Source of the DNA: Antedon mediterranea
Lineage: Eukaryota; Animalia; Echinodermata
DNA length: 64,000 bases
Assembly: GCF_964355755.1 (NCBI RefSeq)
Contig: NC_092670.1
Coordinates: forward strand, 11,146,795 to 11,210,794
Direction of reading: 5' to 3'
Shown: in pieces, positions 10,744-25,700 of the stretch
How positions within the stretch are numbered: position 1 is the stretch's first letter
Layout of the letters: every line of letters begins with the position of its first letter
Notes under the pieces: model-generated
What the model was told of the DNA's origin: nothing
Database searches by the model: none
What the model saw: only the letters and a program-made list of their open reading frames with translations
Translations under genes and position numbers: made by a program

Positions 10744-13700
10744 TCATGCATCAATAACTGCATGAACTCTTAGCTGGTTGCAAACATCATCATCCAGATC
10801 TGATGGTAAATCAATATAGAGTTTCACTTCTCTTGCATCAAGATAAACAGGGCACTTAAACATAGCACCATCTATTGCAGGCATCTCCCATTTAGCAGCC
10901 TTATCAACTGGTTGTAACCAAATAACTGGTAGGGAGGAGGTCAGATTTTGCTGGTCGTTTGTAGTACTGATATTAAGACAAGCTCGTTTGCAATCCCACT
11001 TTGCATTGTTCAGTTCAAGACCTACTATGTATACTCCCTTTTCTGGTTGAACACTTGGTGGAGAAAAAGCTCCTAGAACCTTGATAAAAAATGTAATAAT
11101 TGTTTACTATACACATAATGAATGGTAGTAATAGGAGTTGAAAGGATTAATGTTCAACCCAAAGAATGGAACATTAAATCTTTCAAAAAATTAAAATAAA
11201 TACAAAATATTATTTGTATGTTTATATTACTCTCTTCAAACTAACATATATATATTTAATCATTTATTTCAGTATTGGTCATCAACCCTAAATCAACAAA
11301 TTCCAAATAGGATTTGGCCGAGATACAATTTTCAAAGTGTCAAATTATCCATTGGCCTGGCATGTGAAAACTCTTAAATTGTTGGCTGTTAAAAAGAACC
11401 ATTGAATATCACCTTTCCATTCAATAGAGCAAAATGTGATAAGAAATTAACTAAAGAAAGTGAGTGAGATTATTTTATATAACACCTATATAAATTCCTG
11501 TCATTTGATTGGACGAATGTGGGTCACATGGCGTGCAATAGTACGCACTATTCAACGATCGTTAAATAGTACTTTTTGAAACATTTTTGTGTACGAAAAA
11601 AAAACGTCTAGATGTTATATAAAACAAATAATGAATGTTTTGTATTCGTGTAATGGTACAAATAATGGCACTTGGTGAATGATGAAAGGTTATATCAACT
11701 CGGCTTTGCCTCGTTGATATAACCTTTCATCATTCACCTCGTGCCATTATTTGTACCATTGCACTCATAAACATTCATTATTTGTATAATACTCAATATT
11801 TGATTTCATGAATTGATTGATTTAATTGTTATTTAGTGCATTTACTTTTGTGATTTTTTATATTTCTGGAAAAGAAATGTGCACAAAGTCATGGAATAGG
11901 TAACCTAAATTTACCTGCGTTTGTAGTTGAACTCTGTTGAACTCTATGTATTCCTTTCTTGCATAATCTTGAGCAACAATGTGCAAAAACAACTTTTGGT
12001 TGCTGAAAGCACTCAAATCAAAGAGGTATGTACTCTCTCCACTGCAATACTCTGTCAGAAGTCTTTGCTTCTTCTCTAAGCATTTCTTCCAACTATCAAC
12101 TGTCTGAGGACACTTGTCATTGAACATCCACGATGATGGAACATATCCAACTGTCAAAATCTGAACATCAAGCAATAATTGTGGTGTAAGAGCGCCCTCT
12201 CCATTGATGCCATCTAGAAGAACGTCGATGTCTGAAACTACCGTAATTAAATGAGATTCGTACGCATGTTTTTCCGATGACAAGTAGTTGTCCATGTGAC
12301 TTAATCCATCTCCATCTTTATCAGGTATCTTCGCTAGATTCTCAATAACATGTTTTATGACTTGGAGAAGGCTGCAAGCAGTCTCATAGTTCGTCTTAGG
12401 AAGCGAGTCGTGCGGTCCCTTGTGAATTTCAATTAAATTGTTTCTTAACAATCTAAATTTAATAAGAATTGGTTGGTATAATTTAATGTGTATATAAGCC
12501 CAGTGGTCTAACGGTAGCTAACCCTGTATCAAGCTGATGTTTGGGGTGGGTTTTACACAGACTTTCTCATCTTAAACCATTAAAAAATGTATTAATTTCC
12601 AGTATCACAATATTTGGAGTTCCTTTATGCTTGTTAAAAATGTGAAACAAATTTGATTCTTGATTTCTGATGCCCTGCCATTAGTTGGACTCTTTCTTGG
12701 CTGGACATACTCAATTTTGAAAAGATAGAAACACTTTTTATCCTCAATGTAAAACAGTGGAACATCAGGTTAATTGTGTACATTAAATGCAACATAGATA
12801 TTGATACGCTCTTATATTTTCAACCATCTGTCAACTAAATTAAGGTTAGGTCTTTGGTTCATTCTATAGTCACTGCAAAATAGACTTTCTTCATCAGTGT
12901 TTCTATGAATAAGCAACTAGTTGTTTAGACTAAGAATTTAGACTTTTTTATCGTCCAGGAAAGAAATTACAAAAGAATTATAAATGAAGGTAATATACTG
13001 TACCTGCTTAACTCAATGTTATGTTTTTTGATGGCAGAAGGTGGCATTCCAAGTAACAAAGGGTCTACTTCATCTTTCATGTTGTCAAATATACTTTGAT
13101 ACTGCCTCAACGGACTACTGCATGGCCTTGTACTGTCATATAAGTCCTGCAGTAGACATTTTGCTCCAGTGTTTATACTTGTCGGTTGCTAAAGTAAGAG
13201 TCAAAAGTCATTTATACCGAGTTGATTGCTAAGTAAATATCTTTATCAAATAAGAGAGCATTTGGCACATTGTGTTTGACGTTGGACTACTGATCATCAG
13301 TCTGAGTTCAAAAACGCTTGTTACATTGCGTTTATACTCAGGCAAGACACAAGCTCGAAACAGAACACCCTGAGTACTAGCTGTAACATTATGAAAGTAT
13401 GTTTTCATACGTGATCTAAAAATTGTAAGGAACAGCGTAGAAGCATTGTGCATTATGTGTTAGAATGATGTATTGTATATGACGAAGACATATGATAATG
13501 TGAGGGCATACCACATTGAAATTGAAGATACCACAAAATCTTAATGGTCTTATGGTAAGGCACGGGTGTAATAAATGTGCGTAAATAATTTATTGTCACT
13601 CATAATAATCATATAATTATTATGAAAGAAAGCTATACATTAACAATTATGATGACAAAAAGATAAAATAGAAGACCCAAGTCTTTTTCTTCCAAAACAT

Positions 13701-16700
13701 GAAGTAATACTCACTTTTAACTGATTTACAGGGATAATGAGACTACGAACCAGTGATCGAGTGATTTGTAGATCTTGATGTTTGGTGACATGACCTCCGT
13801 AAACCAGTGATGTCATAACATCTTGGATGTGCGTATACTCGTCCTTGTCACATCTTGATATAATGTTGCCTATAAACTCCATGGCTGATGTCAGATCCTC
13901 AGAATTCCTACAGACATAAATTAAAGAATACTTAGTGACTTTTAAAGGTCAGGTAAAGGAAAATCATTTCTATTGATCATACATTCTAATAAGTAACACC
14001 AAGTTAACTTACCATTGGTAGTCAGTTGCCATGGCAACATGTCCGTATCGTCTACGTTGAGATAGTACAGTATGTAGTAGAGAAGTTGAAAATATCAGCT
14101 CATTTAACACCTTGCAATAAGAAGTTTAAATTTAGTTTATTTAAAACCCAGGAATAAACAAACTATCACAAGATGTAATTGTATAAACAAATTTATACCA
14201 GTTCACTACACATTATACATATTATATGAATTTCTATGAGTTTCACCAGTAGCCAGTAGCCTCAAATAGATTTTATTGAGAAAACAGAAAGTGTTGATTT
14301 TGTATCTTTATTTTCATTTAGTTTATATTTAAAAACATTTTTACATATTTCATTCTAATGCCAATACTCTATGTGCTCAACATTTCTTTTGTTCATTATT
14401 ATTATAAGATATAATATTCAGTCTTTAGTGAAAAGGTTCATCAACATTTCTTTTGTTTATTATATTATAAGATATAAATTTGCATAATATTCAGTCTTTA
14501 ATGAAAAGGTTCATCAACATTTCTTTTGTTTATTATATTATAAGATATAAATTTGCATAATATTCAGTCTTTAATGAAAAGGTTCATCAACATTTCTTTT
14601 GTTCATTATGTTATAAGATATAAATTTGCATAATATTCAGTCTTTAATGAAAAGGTTCATCAACATTTCTTTTGTTTATTATATTATAAGATATAAATTT
14701 GCATAATATTCAGTCTTTAATAAAAAGGTTCATCTGGATCTCTGTATAGTATTAATGACAATAGCATAACAACAGCTTTCTAAGGAGATCACCCCGCCAC
14801 CATCCAAACAATCAAATTTAGGGAAACCTGACTGTTCTAATATAGATTGCGCTATACCAACTACAAGGTTTCATGTTAACATTCCTAAGCTACATGCACT
14901 CGCTCATGATTAAGATGTGTCAATGAACCAGTGAAAGCTGGGGTAAAAACGTGTTTTCAGAATATATTGGATTACCAAAGAAAAACATTTATTAATAATA
15001 TTCTTTCCACTGATTTTGTTGGAAAAAAGTTTATATCAAACAATAGCAATTTTTTATTCTTATCTATTTTTATACAGATTAAAAGCTATACTGTACCTTG
15101 CTATCTATCGATGGTTTCAGGATGTCAGGCATTGTCTGAGTGTCTTTCATAGCACTGTTGAAATGGTACATGAAAGAACTTTTGAAGTTTGATGTTGTCT
15201 GGCAAAACACTTTAACCCCATGTTGGATGATGACAGCTGAATTAAATAAAAAATGTATCATTGTAAAATTCTATCAATCAATAGGTGTACTTGTTTTATA
15301 GTTTTGGGTCACAAAGAAAGTGACCTTTTGAAATCCACAGACTACAACCCTCTCAGACTTAGAAAGTAGTGTGACCAGAGTAAATGTCTACACCACTCTA
15401 TAACTGCAGCAAAGTATAACTATAGAGATCAAAGATAACAACCAAATACCACATAATATTTTATTTACCATACCACAACAGTTTAAAAGTTTAAAAACTG
15501 TTTGCATTGAAAGCAAATTTGTCATGCAAAGACTGTCATCTTAGTGTGAACTATCACATACAATCTAACATCACTGTCTTGTTCATTTTACTGTATATTT
15601 TTTTTTCATCTTTGTTTTTTTTCAATCAAAATTACCAAAAAATGTTGTAAGTTCCCCCTTAGCCAATACTACGCCATTACACTTTAATCCAAAGGCAAAT
15701 TACTGAAAAACTGACAATGCTGTGGGTATCAGTGGCTGGATCTCAATTGAGATACAAAAAAAAAAGCAAAAAGCTAAATCAAAACGATAAAGTAAAACAG
15801 CCAGAAAAATTAACAGAGCTTTCAGGCAACACTAGCCCTTCATCATCTATAAATTATATTAGTACTTTAAAGCCTTGTCTACAAAACTTTTTGTGTCAAA
15901 ATGTGATGTGGTCATATATGGGAAATAATGATGCCATATCACTACCATATATGGGTACATCACATTTTGTTGACACAAAGTTTGATGTAGACAAGGCTTT
16001 AGACAATCATTTTTTCATTTTATAGAATAAAACCATTGTTATCATATAGTAGTATCATTTAATGAAGCAACTAAAAAAGTATACAAACCAGGGAGTAGTT
16101 TGCGACTGTCTGCAACAGTAATGATAAAAAGCCTAAAGTCAGCATGCAACAAAGCTGAATTTTGGTCTTTCTGAATGCCATCACCATCTCTACCAATCAT
16201 ATCCTACAGTAAAAAAAACAAGATGTATTTATAAATAGTCTAATAAAAGATCAATCAGATTCAATTCTAAATACAAATCCTTTCAGAGATGACTCTAATT
16301 TACATAGACATTTCCCATTACAGGCACCATCGTTGGGCATGTTCAGCTTTAATAATTTACCTGGTTAAGTTTGTATTAACCTAACCATGAACGTTTAGCG
16401 ATTATTGGTTCAGAAGTCAACTTTCAGGTAAGTTAACTGAGCCTGAAGGGGCCATTAATGTTTCCTTCATATAGAGATTCTTTTAATAATTACACATCTC
16501 AACAATATACCCCATCATCAAAGACATCTCAAATTAATTATTCTTTCAAATTAGGTATCCTTGCAATTTTCACATAGCCCTCTCCAAATACAAATACCAT
16601 AAAAAAAAAACAGCTCCAATTGAAATAAAGATCTGTTTATAGACCTCTACCACTATCAGACATCAAATTATGGAATTCATTAAGAGCAAAGAGATATTTG

Positions 16701-19700
16701 AATACTAAGTGCTCTTACCACTGTTTCACAATAAAATATTTGTTTTATTAGTTGAGAATAATGTGACTTGTGGAAGGAAAAAAGTTTACTACTTACCTTA
16801 AGCAGATCAGAAATGTTGTTGCTGTTGTGGTCCACTAAATGACAGTTATTTAAAACCAACCAATGACCTTTAATCTGGCACTCTTTAAGAAGTTTTTCTG
16901 ATTGTGATGTCTGTGATGTCATACCCATTGAAATGACGTAAACAACTTTGTTGTGGGTGGCACTTTTCGCTTCTTTAATTATTTCAGTGACTGGGTTGTA
17001 GGAACAATGACCTTGAAAAAATATAAAAGCAATATATTTTCATTTAGAAATAATCTATTTTTATTTGACTGAAAAAAGACCCAGAATACCACAATATCAT
17101 CCAGTCTAATTCATTTGTATGACTCACAAAGAGACTCATAATGGCAATTAATCAACATCACAGACCAAATACAAATGGGAAAGATACTGCAGATTTACAG
17201 TACAATTAACGACATCAAGGCCACAACTTTGTGAACAAACAAAGTCCCTGAAAAGGGTTGACCATATTCTTAAAATATATTTCCCATTGTTCGTTTCACA
17301 GAAAATTGTATAGAGCCAGGTGTCTTCCTCTTATTAAAACATGATAAGTGTATATGTTTCAGTGTGTTACTATAATGAATGTCAAAATTATTATAAATGA
17401 TCTACCATCTGATGAAGGCAGGATAATAATAACAGGTTTTTTGCTAGTTGACTGCGGAATGACTTCAGCAACATGATATTCATCAGTTTTGGCAACTCTT
17501 GATGCAACTTGATGCACTGACAGACATCTACATACCTTTCTGGTCTGGAAAAAAAAACCAGATTTAAATTATAATTTTAAATATTGAATATAAAGTATTC
17601 CAGTAATTTAAGCACTAGTATCATAATGTGCCACATGTGTCGAAGCACTGCAGTCATGCAAATTTAAATAACTTAAAGTTTAAAGTGATTTAATACAGTA
17701 ACAAACAACTTACCACATTAGGTTTCACAATCTTCCACAAGAGAATCTTCTGAAAAACTGTTAAGCACTTGTCATCCATTTCCATTGGCATCAATGAAAG
17801 TAGGCTTGGTTCACACTATGCATTTTCAATTAGATATTACCAGGGAAGAGTGAAATTACAATTTTATAATTTCACTCTTCCCTGATATTACTAAATAGAT
17901 CAAAGGTTATTGGCAGGTTAACTTAAGATTAAATAATAGAGTCTTTAACATATACTGGTTGTTCGTATTTGGCCGAATACCTTCAAAATGATTAATGACA
18001 ATGCCAATAAAGAAAGAACTTCTAAAAATGACACTTTTCTTTAAAAACTGTCCTAAACCCTAGCCATCAATGCAAGCTTGGTGGTCTATAATAATATAAT
18101 ATAATATAACAAAATATAGCGCACATATCCACTAAAAGTGCTCAAGGAGCTAAAAGGTATTAACACCAGGCTAGTGATCTGGAGGTTGTTTTTGTTCAAG
18201 TCCCAAACTGGAATTACTTTACTTTATATTAAAAATCTAAAAAATGAACACTTTAATCCCACTATCTTATTATTCTAGATTACTAGATTACTAAATTAGT
18301 AGTGGAAGCAAGCTTTGCATGGATATTGTCTATTTAGTTTAATTATTGCCAAACTTACCTCAAAGTACTCTTTCCATTGTCTTGCATGTTTCTGGAGTGA
18401 ATCAGTTAAGTTCTGAAAACATGGTAACAATGCTTCAAGCTTTTTACAGCTCTTCCAAATCTGAACAAAAAAAAAAAAATATTTTATTTTGGTAGAATAA
18501 AATGAAATCAGAACATGAATTTGAAATTTAATCTTAAGAAACACTATTATACTCGCTCATCAGTATCAACAAATTTTTTGTTCATTCATTTAGCATTTGG
18601 GTCTATTTGTCATTCAATGTGAATAACGTAATGTCGATGTCCTGTATTTGTTTTTAGTTCTGTTTAGTTCAGAGTATACTATAGGACTACAATAATATAT
18701 GTACTGATAAGGAGAAAAACTAATGGAAGAGTGTTACCATGTCTGACATCCAAGATGGCTTGCCATCCATCATACTGGTCTCCATGGCAGACACATGGAC
18801 ATCATCTTGCTTTACAAACAAATCCCATTCAAGAGTTGTCACTTGACTTTGTGATCTTAACTTAGCTACTGCAACTAGAAAGATGAAGATCTCTGAATGC
18901 AGCTGGGATGTAACCTGTGAAACGTATTTGTGTATATCATGCGTGAGGGCGTTCATCAATTCTGTTGCTCGAGCCTTTGGTTCTAGCAAGATACCAGATT
19001 CCTTTCTATGACTTTCAATGATTGACCGACAGATAGCAATGAAATCAAAGAAAGATTGATAATACAGAGGGTTGAGTGGCATCATCGAGTTCATGACCTC
19101 ATACAGAAGAGTAGCATGTTTAGAAACATCATGGTATTCTGTGACTTTGCTTTTAATCTGATCCAAGTAGAGTAGGCTTTCATGAAGACTTGTCTTTGTG
19201 TTCAGAATGTTCTGTTGATACTTAAGAAGCTGCTCAAGCATGCTGGGCTCATTAAGAATGCCAACTTTCAGGTCAATGGTACTAGTCAGAATGTCCATCT
19301 AAAGATAACAATAATACATACCATCTATTGGCCCCTTCCTTCTTGATAATCTATAATATCTATCTATAATATATTTGTTAAGCTTATTTAATTTCATATC
19401 TATTTTATTTTGTATTTACTCGTCTAAATATCTTGTTTACTATTATAAATTTATTTTAATTTAGATCATTGGACTGCTGACTCTTGTAGTTATAGTATTC
19501 TTAGTTGCTTCAGCATTCCCTGACCAATTCATCTCTGTATATTTTACATATGATTTGTTGGTCAAATAAATAAATTAAATTAATGAAAATGATGCTCCTA
19601 AAAATGGAAAAACCCTTATATTGAGATACGTCTTTTCAGGAAACATACCTCAACCTTGTTAATAAAAAAATGTTGATCCCGAACATCACCCTCCAATGCC

Positions 19701-22700
19701 TTAACCTGGTTGTCATACTCCGGTCGTTCAATCTCAATTGCAATGTCTAAAATCTGATTGGATAAGCCTTCAGGACTGATGGCTAAGTCTATCACTGAAG
19801 TACCTTCTGTAGGTAGAGTGAAGATGTTAGCTCCTGTGTAAAATAAAAAATATTGAAAACCACAATTGTCAATAGAAAAAAAAATATTTTGAGTATCATT
19901 GATGGTGAATTATGTGTGAAACAGGGCTTTCTTGGCCAATTACTCTTTGAAGATATAGGGACACTTTTCAGATGGACATGCTATTTGTAGTACAAGAGGC
20001 TGATTCACATGGCAACTCCAAAAAAAAAACTACAACTATAACTATAAGATAACTATTAATTTTTTAAAATATCATTTGACCAGGTTACAAGTGAATTACA
20101 ATGAAAATCATTTATATATAATTATATGAGTACAAAAGTAATACCAGTACATGCAATAGACCTCAAGAGCTGCAGATATACAATAAGAAAAGTATACAAG
20201 GAATCTTTAAGATCGAATGGCAATGGAGAAACTGAGAACTTAGAAGAATGACAAATTATAAAATGAGTAAAACTAACCTTTAAGCTTCAATGGCACTGAA
20301 GAGCTGAGAAATAGATTGAAGTTAGGATGGCAGACATAGTCATGAAGACCAAACGTTACTCGTCTCTTTCCATCCAATCCAAGAACAAAGTTCCTTCTCA
20401 ATACATTTGCAAAGTTAGAGTTCAAAGGCCGTCGTTCAAGATTCTTAATGAGCATTGTCAAACCTAGTGTAATGCTCTGAATCAGCTTGATATCAATAGA
20501 TGGATCATCGCAAGAGACTATCAAAATGTCAGCTTGAGGGCGCTCTATTTCGGGATCAATGAGAATGGTTGATGGTTCTGATTGGTCAGTTTGACTTGTT
20601 GTTTCCAAACCTACCTCACTCTCATCATAGTTTGGGTGACGCGGTGTATCTCCTCCAATGCTATTTTTAAAAAAAAACATAACACACAATACAATTTTGT
20701 TTCAAATTTATTAACCCCACACTGTGTGCTTTGGACAACATACTTGTGGATGTAAATACAATAATAATAAGCATAACATTATTTTAAATCTGTAAGTTTT
20801 CATAGCTTAATTCTAAGAACAAACAGCAATGACAATCTTGTGTGAAATTGTGAACATCTGATAGATGTAGTAGGCAAGCCAATGATCCTATATTTAACCT
20901 TCATCTCCAGTAGGCTAGTAAATCATTGCTTTAGATTGTCAAACTAATGGGCTGTTTATAAAAACAAACAAAATGTTTTGTATTAAAGTACCTTGTTCCA
21001 GTGACTGGGGTCTGTGGATAGTCTGTTTCTGTGGTTTCACCACCAGAGGATTCCAGAAAACCAGCTCTAGATTGGTTATCACTGTATTCTGATGCTTGGG
21101 CAAAGGCTTCAAGTACTTGTGATGTCAGAGGTGTTCTGATCTGGTCCTCCTCAAACAATGTATCTATGGATGAATAAGACTTAGATGTAAAGTAAAGGCT
21201 GTATGAACATATTTCCATGTTTAGGTCTCTGTGTTTAGGCATGCAAATAGGAAGACAGCTGATTTAATATATCAATGTAGAAAGCAGAAGAGAAATAAGT
21301 AAGTTTTAACAGAAATGGAATGGTGTCAGTGACCAGGTTACAGATTTTATGTAATGTACATTAGCTCTTGACAAAAGAGTAGATCAGTGCTCTATCAAAT
21401 AGCGTATGATTGTAATGGATGTAATCTATGTTGTAATAAAAAAAAAAGCTCAATAGTAAACCTCTAAAGGTGTTATGGAAGACAACACAGGCTCAATACA
21501 GAATAAGCTACAAACTAAAACAACTTTAACATCATGTTTTAATGTTGTTACATAACCAAAGAAATTGAAATGGTTTTTGGACAAATAAGCATAGTGGTAA
21601 AATAAGCCTTAAAGATGCATGATTGAAAATGTTCATCTGGTTTGTAGGTATAAGTATATTGAAAATATTCTTTTTTCCAAACCAATAATGTTGTATGACC
21701 CTGTCATTAAACAGAATAGGCCCTCTAGAGGTCAGTCTGTTTGATGATAGATCCTCATTATTTCTGAAGAAGCTGTCCGATCAGGACAGCCAAACTGTCA
21801 AGGTTAGTTTTTACTAATTATTGGTTTGGAAAAAAGAATATTTTCAATATACTTAAAGATGCATATTTTAACTTTTTTTGTAGAAAATAATTAGCCATAA
21901 AAAATACCCTCATCACTATCCACTTGTAACTCTTTGTTACTGATCATTACAACCCATGTTTCAACTTGCTGATCTGGATCTAAAAGCAACGGCCATTGAC
22001 GCCTCCGCCACTGGCAGCAGGCTCGCATTATGAGTGCATTGTCAAATGCATATTTATCTTGAGGAATGTCAAGACTCTGCCAACTTCTTTGTTCCTCTTG
22101 GTTGCTTAAAATTGCTAAAAAAAATTGGATTTTTACTTAATTAATAATTTTAAAAAAAAAGTATTTTACAGAAAATGACAACCAAGAGTCATAGTTACTT
22201 CAAATACAGCTTCAGTTTTTGATTATATTTTTTTCTCGTAATTTTATTATTTGTTGATTGTGTGTCAGTAAGGTTAAACAGTCTTAAAGGAAACTTTGCA
22301 GAATTACCTTCCAAAGAAAAGTCTTCACGAACAAGGCATGGTTGAATGACCATATTTGTCATATCATTCCTGGAGCTCAGGCTGAAACCTTCTGTACTTT
22401 CTCTTGAAAGAAAGGCAGGTATGGAGAGGTCATCACCAGATATACTGGTTGAACCATTGGCTGCATCTATTCCATTTAACTATAAAAGAACAGATTTTAA
22501 AAGATAGAATTTTATTTTAATATAAATATATCACAATTTATAGTAAAGAGATGAAAAAATGATTAAAAAGTCTCCTCGAGTTAAACTATTTTATGAAACA
22601 TGCTTGTGAAATGTAAACTATTAATTATCAAATGACACACATGCATATCAACCTTTTCAGTGACCGCAATATCTTCTTTTGAACTAATGTCACCTTCCCG

Positions 22701-25700
22701 ATCTAGGTGGAATCTTCCATTCCTGCATCTCAACAGCCAATCAGCAAGCAACTCTTTCCTTGTCCTTTCATTCATTGGACCATGGTAGCAGACACATGCT
22801 GCTGCAAGAAGCGCATCGCCTGGAGCAGTTTCCAAATGCTTCTCGGACTGAGAGAGGGCACTTTTCCATGTCGAATGTAGCGATGACATGTTTGTCATCA
22901 AATGTGTAGCTCGACTAATCTTTTCCTCTATTTGCTGATAAAAAAAATATGAAAGTTCACACATAGAAAGAATAAAATCTGTATTCATATATCTGTATGA
23001 TAACAAAAAACTAATAACATAATGGTCTAAGTTACCTTCATTGACATTTCAATTTCCAGAACACTTTTAACACTTTCATCATAAACTTGTACCTGTTCCT
23101 CTAGAGTAACCTTTACCTCCTGGCATTTGACCCTTTTCTGGCCAAGGTGAGCTTTTGCCTAGAATACAAAAATGTATGATGTGAACTAGAATACTTCATG
23201 ATAGGCCATATGAAGCTTTACTGAATAAAAAAAGAAATGCCCTATTCTAGTACACTAATGAGAAATGGAATAATAATCTATCATAATGTTCTCAAAGCAC
23301 ACAAACCTGATCCAGCTTAGCCTCAGCTACCTGAACCTGTTTTAACTTAGGGTTTAAGGCTCGATGAAGGCAGGCATATGCGTACACTGCATGTACCCAC
23401 TTGCACAGGGACTCAGCTGCTTTACTGACCACTGCCACAACTTCTGGCCTAAAGGAAGCATCCTGAATAAACATGATGTTTAGCTTGTAAAAAACATCAT
23501 CTGGCATTCTGTCTTTCTCGTAAAATTCAAGATCTTCAAAGAAGTTGTCACGGTTGATGAGTAGCTTTCCACTTGCCCAGCTAAATGTGCAAAATATATG
23601 AAAATTAAAAACAAATAATACTACAGTATTATGTCAATAATGTAAAAACATATTAAATAAAAGCTAACAAATAAATACAGTTTTGGAGGATGTTGCTGAG
23701 ATTCACAAAGATCAAGTCTAGTACCTATTTATAGTATTGTTATAAACAAGCAAAATATAATGTGTATTTATATCACCTAAATCATATCTATATATTATTA
23801 AGCAAATATTAAACTTTTTTTTCATACAGTATTATACTGCAAGAAAAGAAAAAAGTCAAACTTACTCGTATGGCTGATGAAAGAGCAGGCAGAGGGCACT
23901 AACAACATTGACGACAACCGCTGGTGGTGCTCTATATGATCGAATCTCATCAAGATCATGGGAGTTCAGACTCTTCAAAGCTGTCAGAGCGGCTTCATAT
24001 ATTGGGTTGACCTAAAGCAAACAATAAACTGTTTTAAATAATGCACTTTTAAATTAATAACATTCCCACACAAGGATTTTTTTATTGAATAGTCCCATCT
24101 TTTAATCAAAATTCAGGAAGAAAAAACAGATGAGAGGACATGATTATTTCAATACCTTGTCTAGTTCATCTTGAGCTTCCTTCTTCATTTGTGCAAGAGG
24201 TCCTTCCATTTTCAAAATAGAAATTTCATCTAGCCTGCATTGTTCTTTGGCCTAAGAAATAACAAATGTAAAAAACAACATTCAGTAATTTGTAATGACT
24301 GTACATTTCATACGATAGTGCATGGTTATGTCATTTCCCAGTTTTTGCCATGGATTTTACATATTTACTGTTTGTACCAGTTTGTGATTTCTGTTTGAAA
24401 TAGCAATCATTGTTTTTAGTCTTCAATATCTACTGTACATGGGGTGTGTGGTCGCAGCCACAAATGTTCAGAACTAACATATTATTCAAAAACAAGAAAC
24501 CAGACTTTTTGCAGAATCCTAAATTCTTTCTTACTCCAATATTACAAAAAGTCTCTGAAAAACAGAAAGTTTTTGCAGGATTCTAAATTCTGTCTCATAC
24601 TTGAAATACATTCTAAAAACTAGACATTTTTTACAGTTTTGAAAACTGCAAGAATGGTCTTGTGTTCAAATTTGTCGAAAGAGCTACTGAAATACAGTAG
24701 CAGATTCCTTACATCAGCATATTCTTTCTTTAGCTTGTCAACTTCTTGAAGCCTTTCTTGAGATTCTTGCATAGCATCAGCTAGGAGTGGCTTCAACTTC
24801 TCCAGTTCAATGTTAAAGCTCCTTATACTTTCATAAGCATCATCTATGCACTGTAATGCTTTCTTGTACATTTCAATGGTTTTCTGTAAGGAATATTAGA
24901 AATAGTAGGTATCAAGCAGTAATCAATCAAGTCTACTCCTCCAATCAAAATAGATGAATATTTCCTTTTTAAAATTAAATATACTGAAATTGAATTCATC
25001 AAAATAATTCACCTACAAAATTCAAAGATGTTAAAAAAGTTACTTACCATATACTTTTTGCCAAGACGTGCAGCGACAATTTTGAAGAGGTCAATGAATT
25101 CAATAAAGGTCAAAGGTGAGAAGAACCTGTAACTCTTGTGGAAGTGTTTATCAATTGCTTTGATGGAGGACTGATGAATGTAGGCCATGGCATGACTTAT
25201 GCAGTGTACCTCAGCCTCTACCTTTTTGAAACTCCACGGCACCAAGTAAGCCTAAAAAGTGATTAAAACATATGTAGTACTTCAAATATCAAACTTCACA
25301 TCAAACCTAATTAATCACCAAAAATGTATTATGTACTAGAATTTCAAACTTTTTATTTCTATTATTTGTTATATTTATCAATTAAAAAAAATAAATACCT
25401 TTCTAGATGACATACTAAGAGTTCTTTGATCCAGCCACTGAGTGGCAACACTTACTAAACCGTCATGGCTCCAATGCTTGTAGACATCTACACAACAACT
25501 GGAGTGTAAGAGGCTAGGATGTCGACTAAAGCAATCATGTAAAGAACTGATATCACCGCCTTTAAATAAAAAGCATATGATAAATAAATTATAACTCAAA
25601 AAATATAACAACGTCATTATTATTGTCAAATACATTACTTAAGACGCTTTTTACCTGGACAATGAAGACTGACCACAACATGAAGGTTTGTCAGGACACG

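Noticed and set aside
14378-14734. Regularly spaced repeats resembling a CRISPR array (also 29172, 51150, 59255)
   Set aside because: No unique spacers, no cas genes, eukaryotic context; these are plain tandem repeats.
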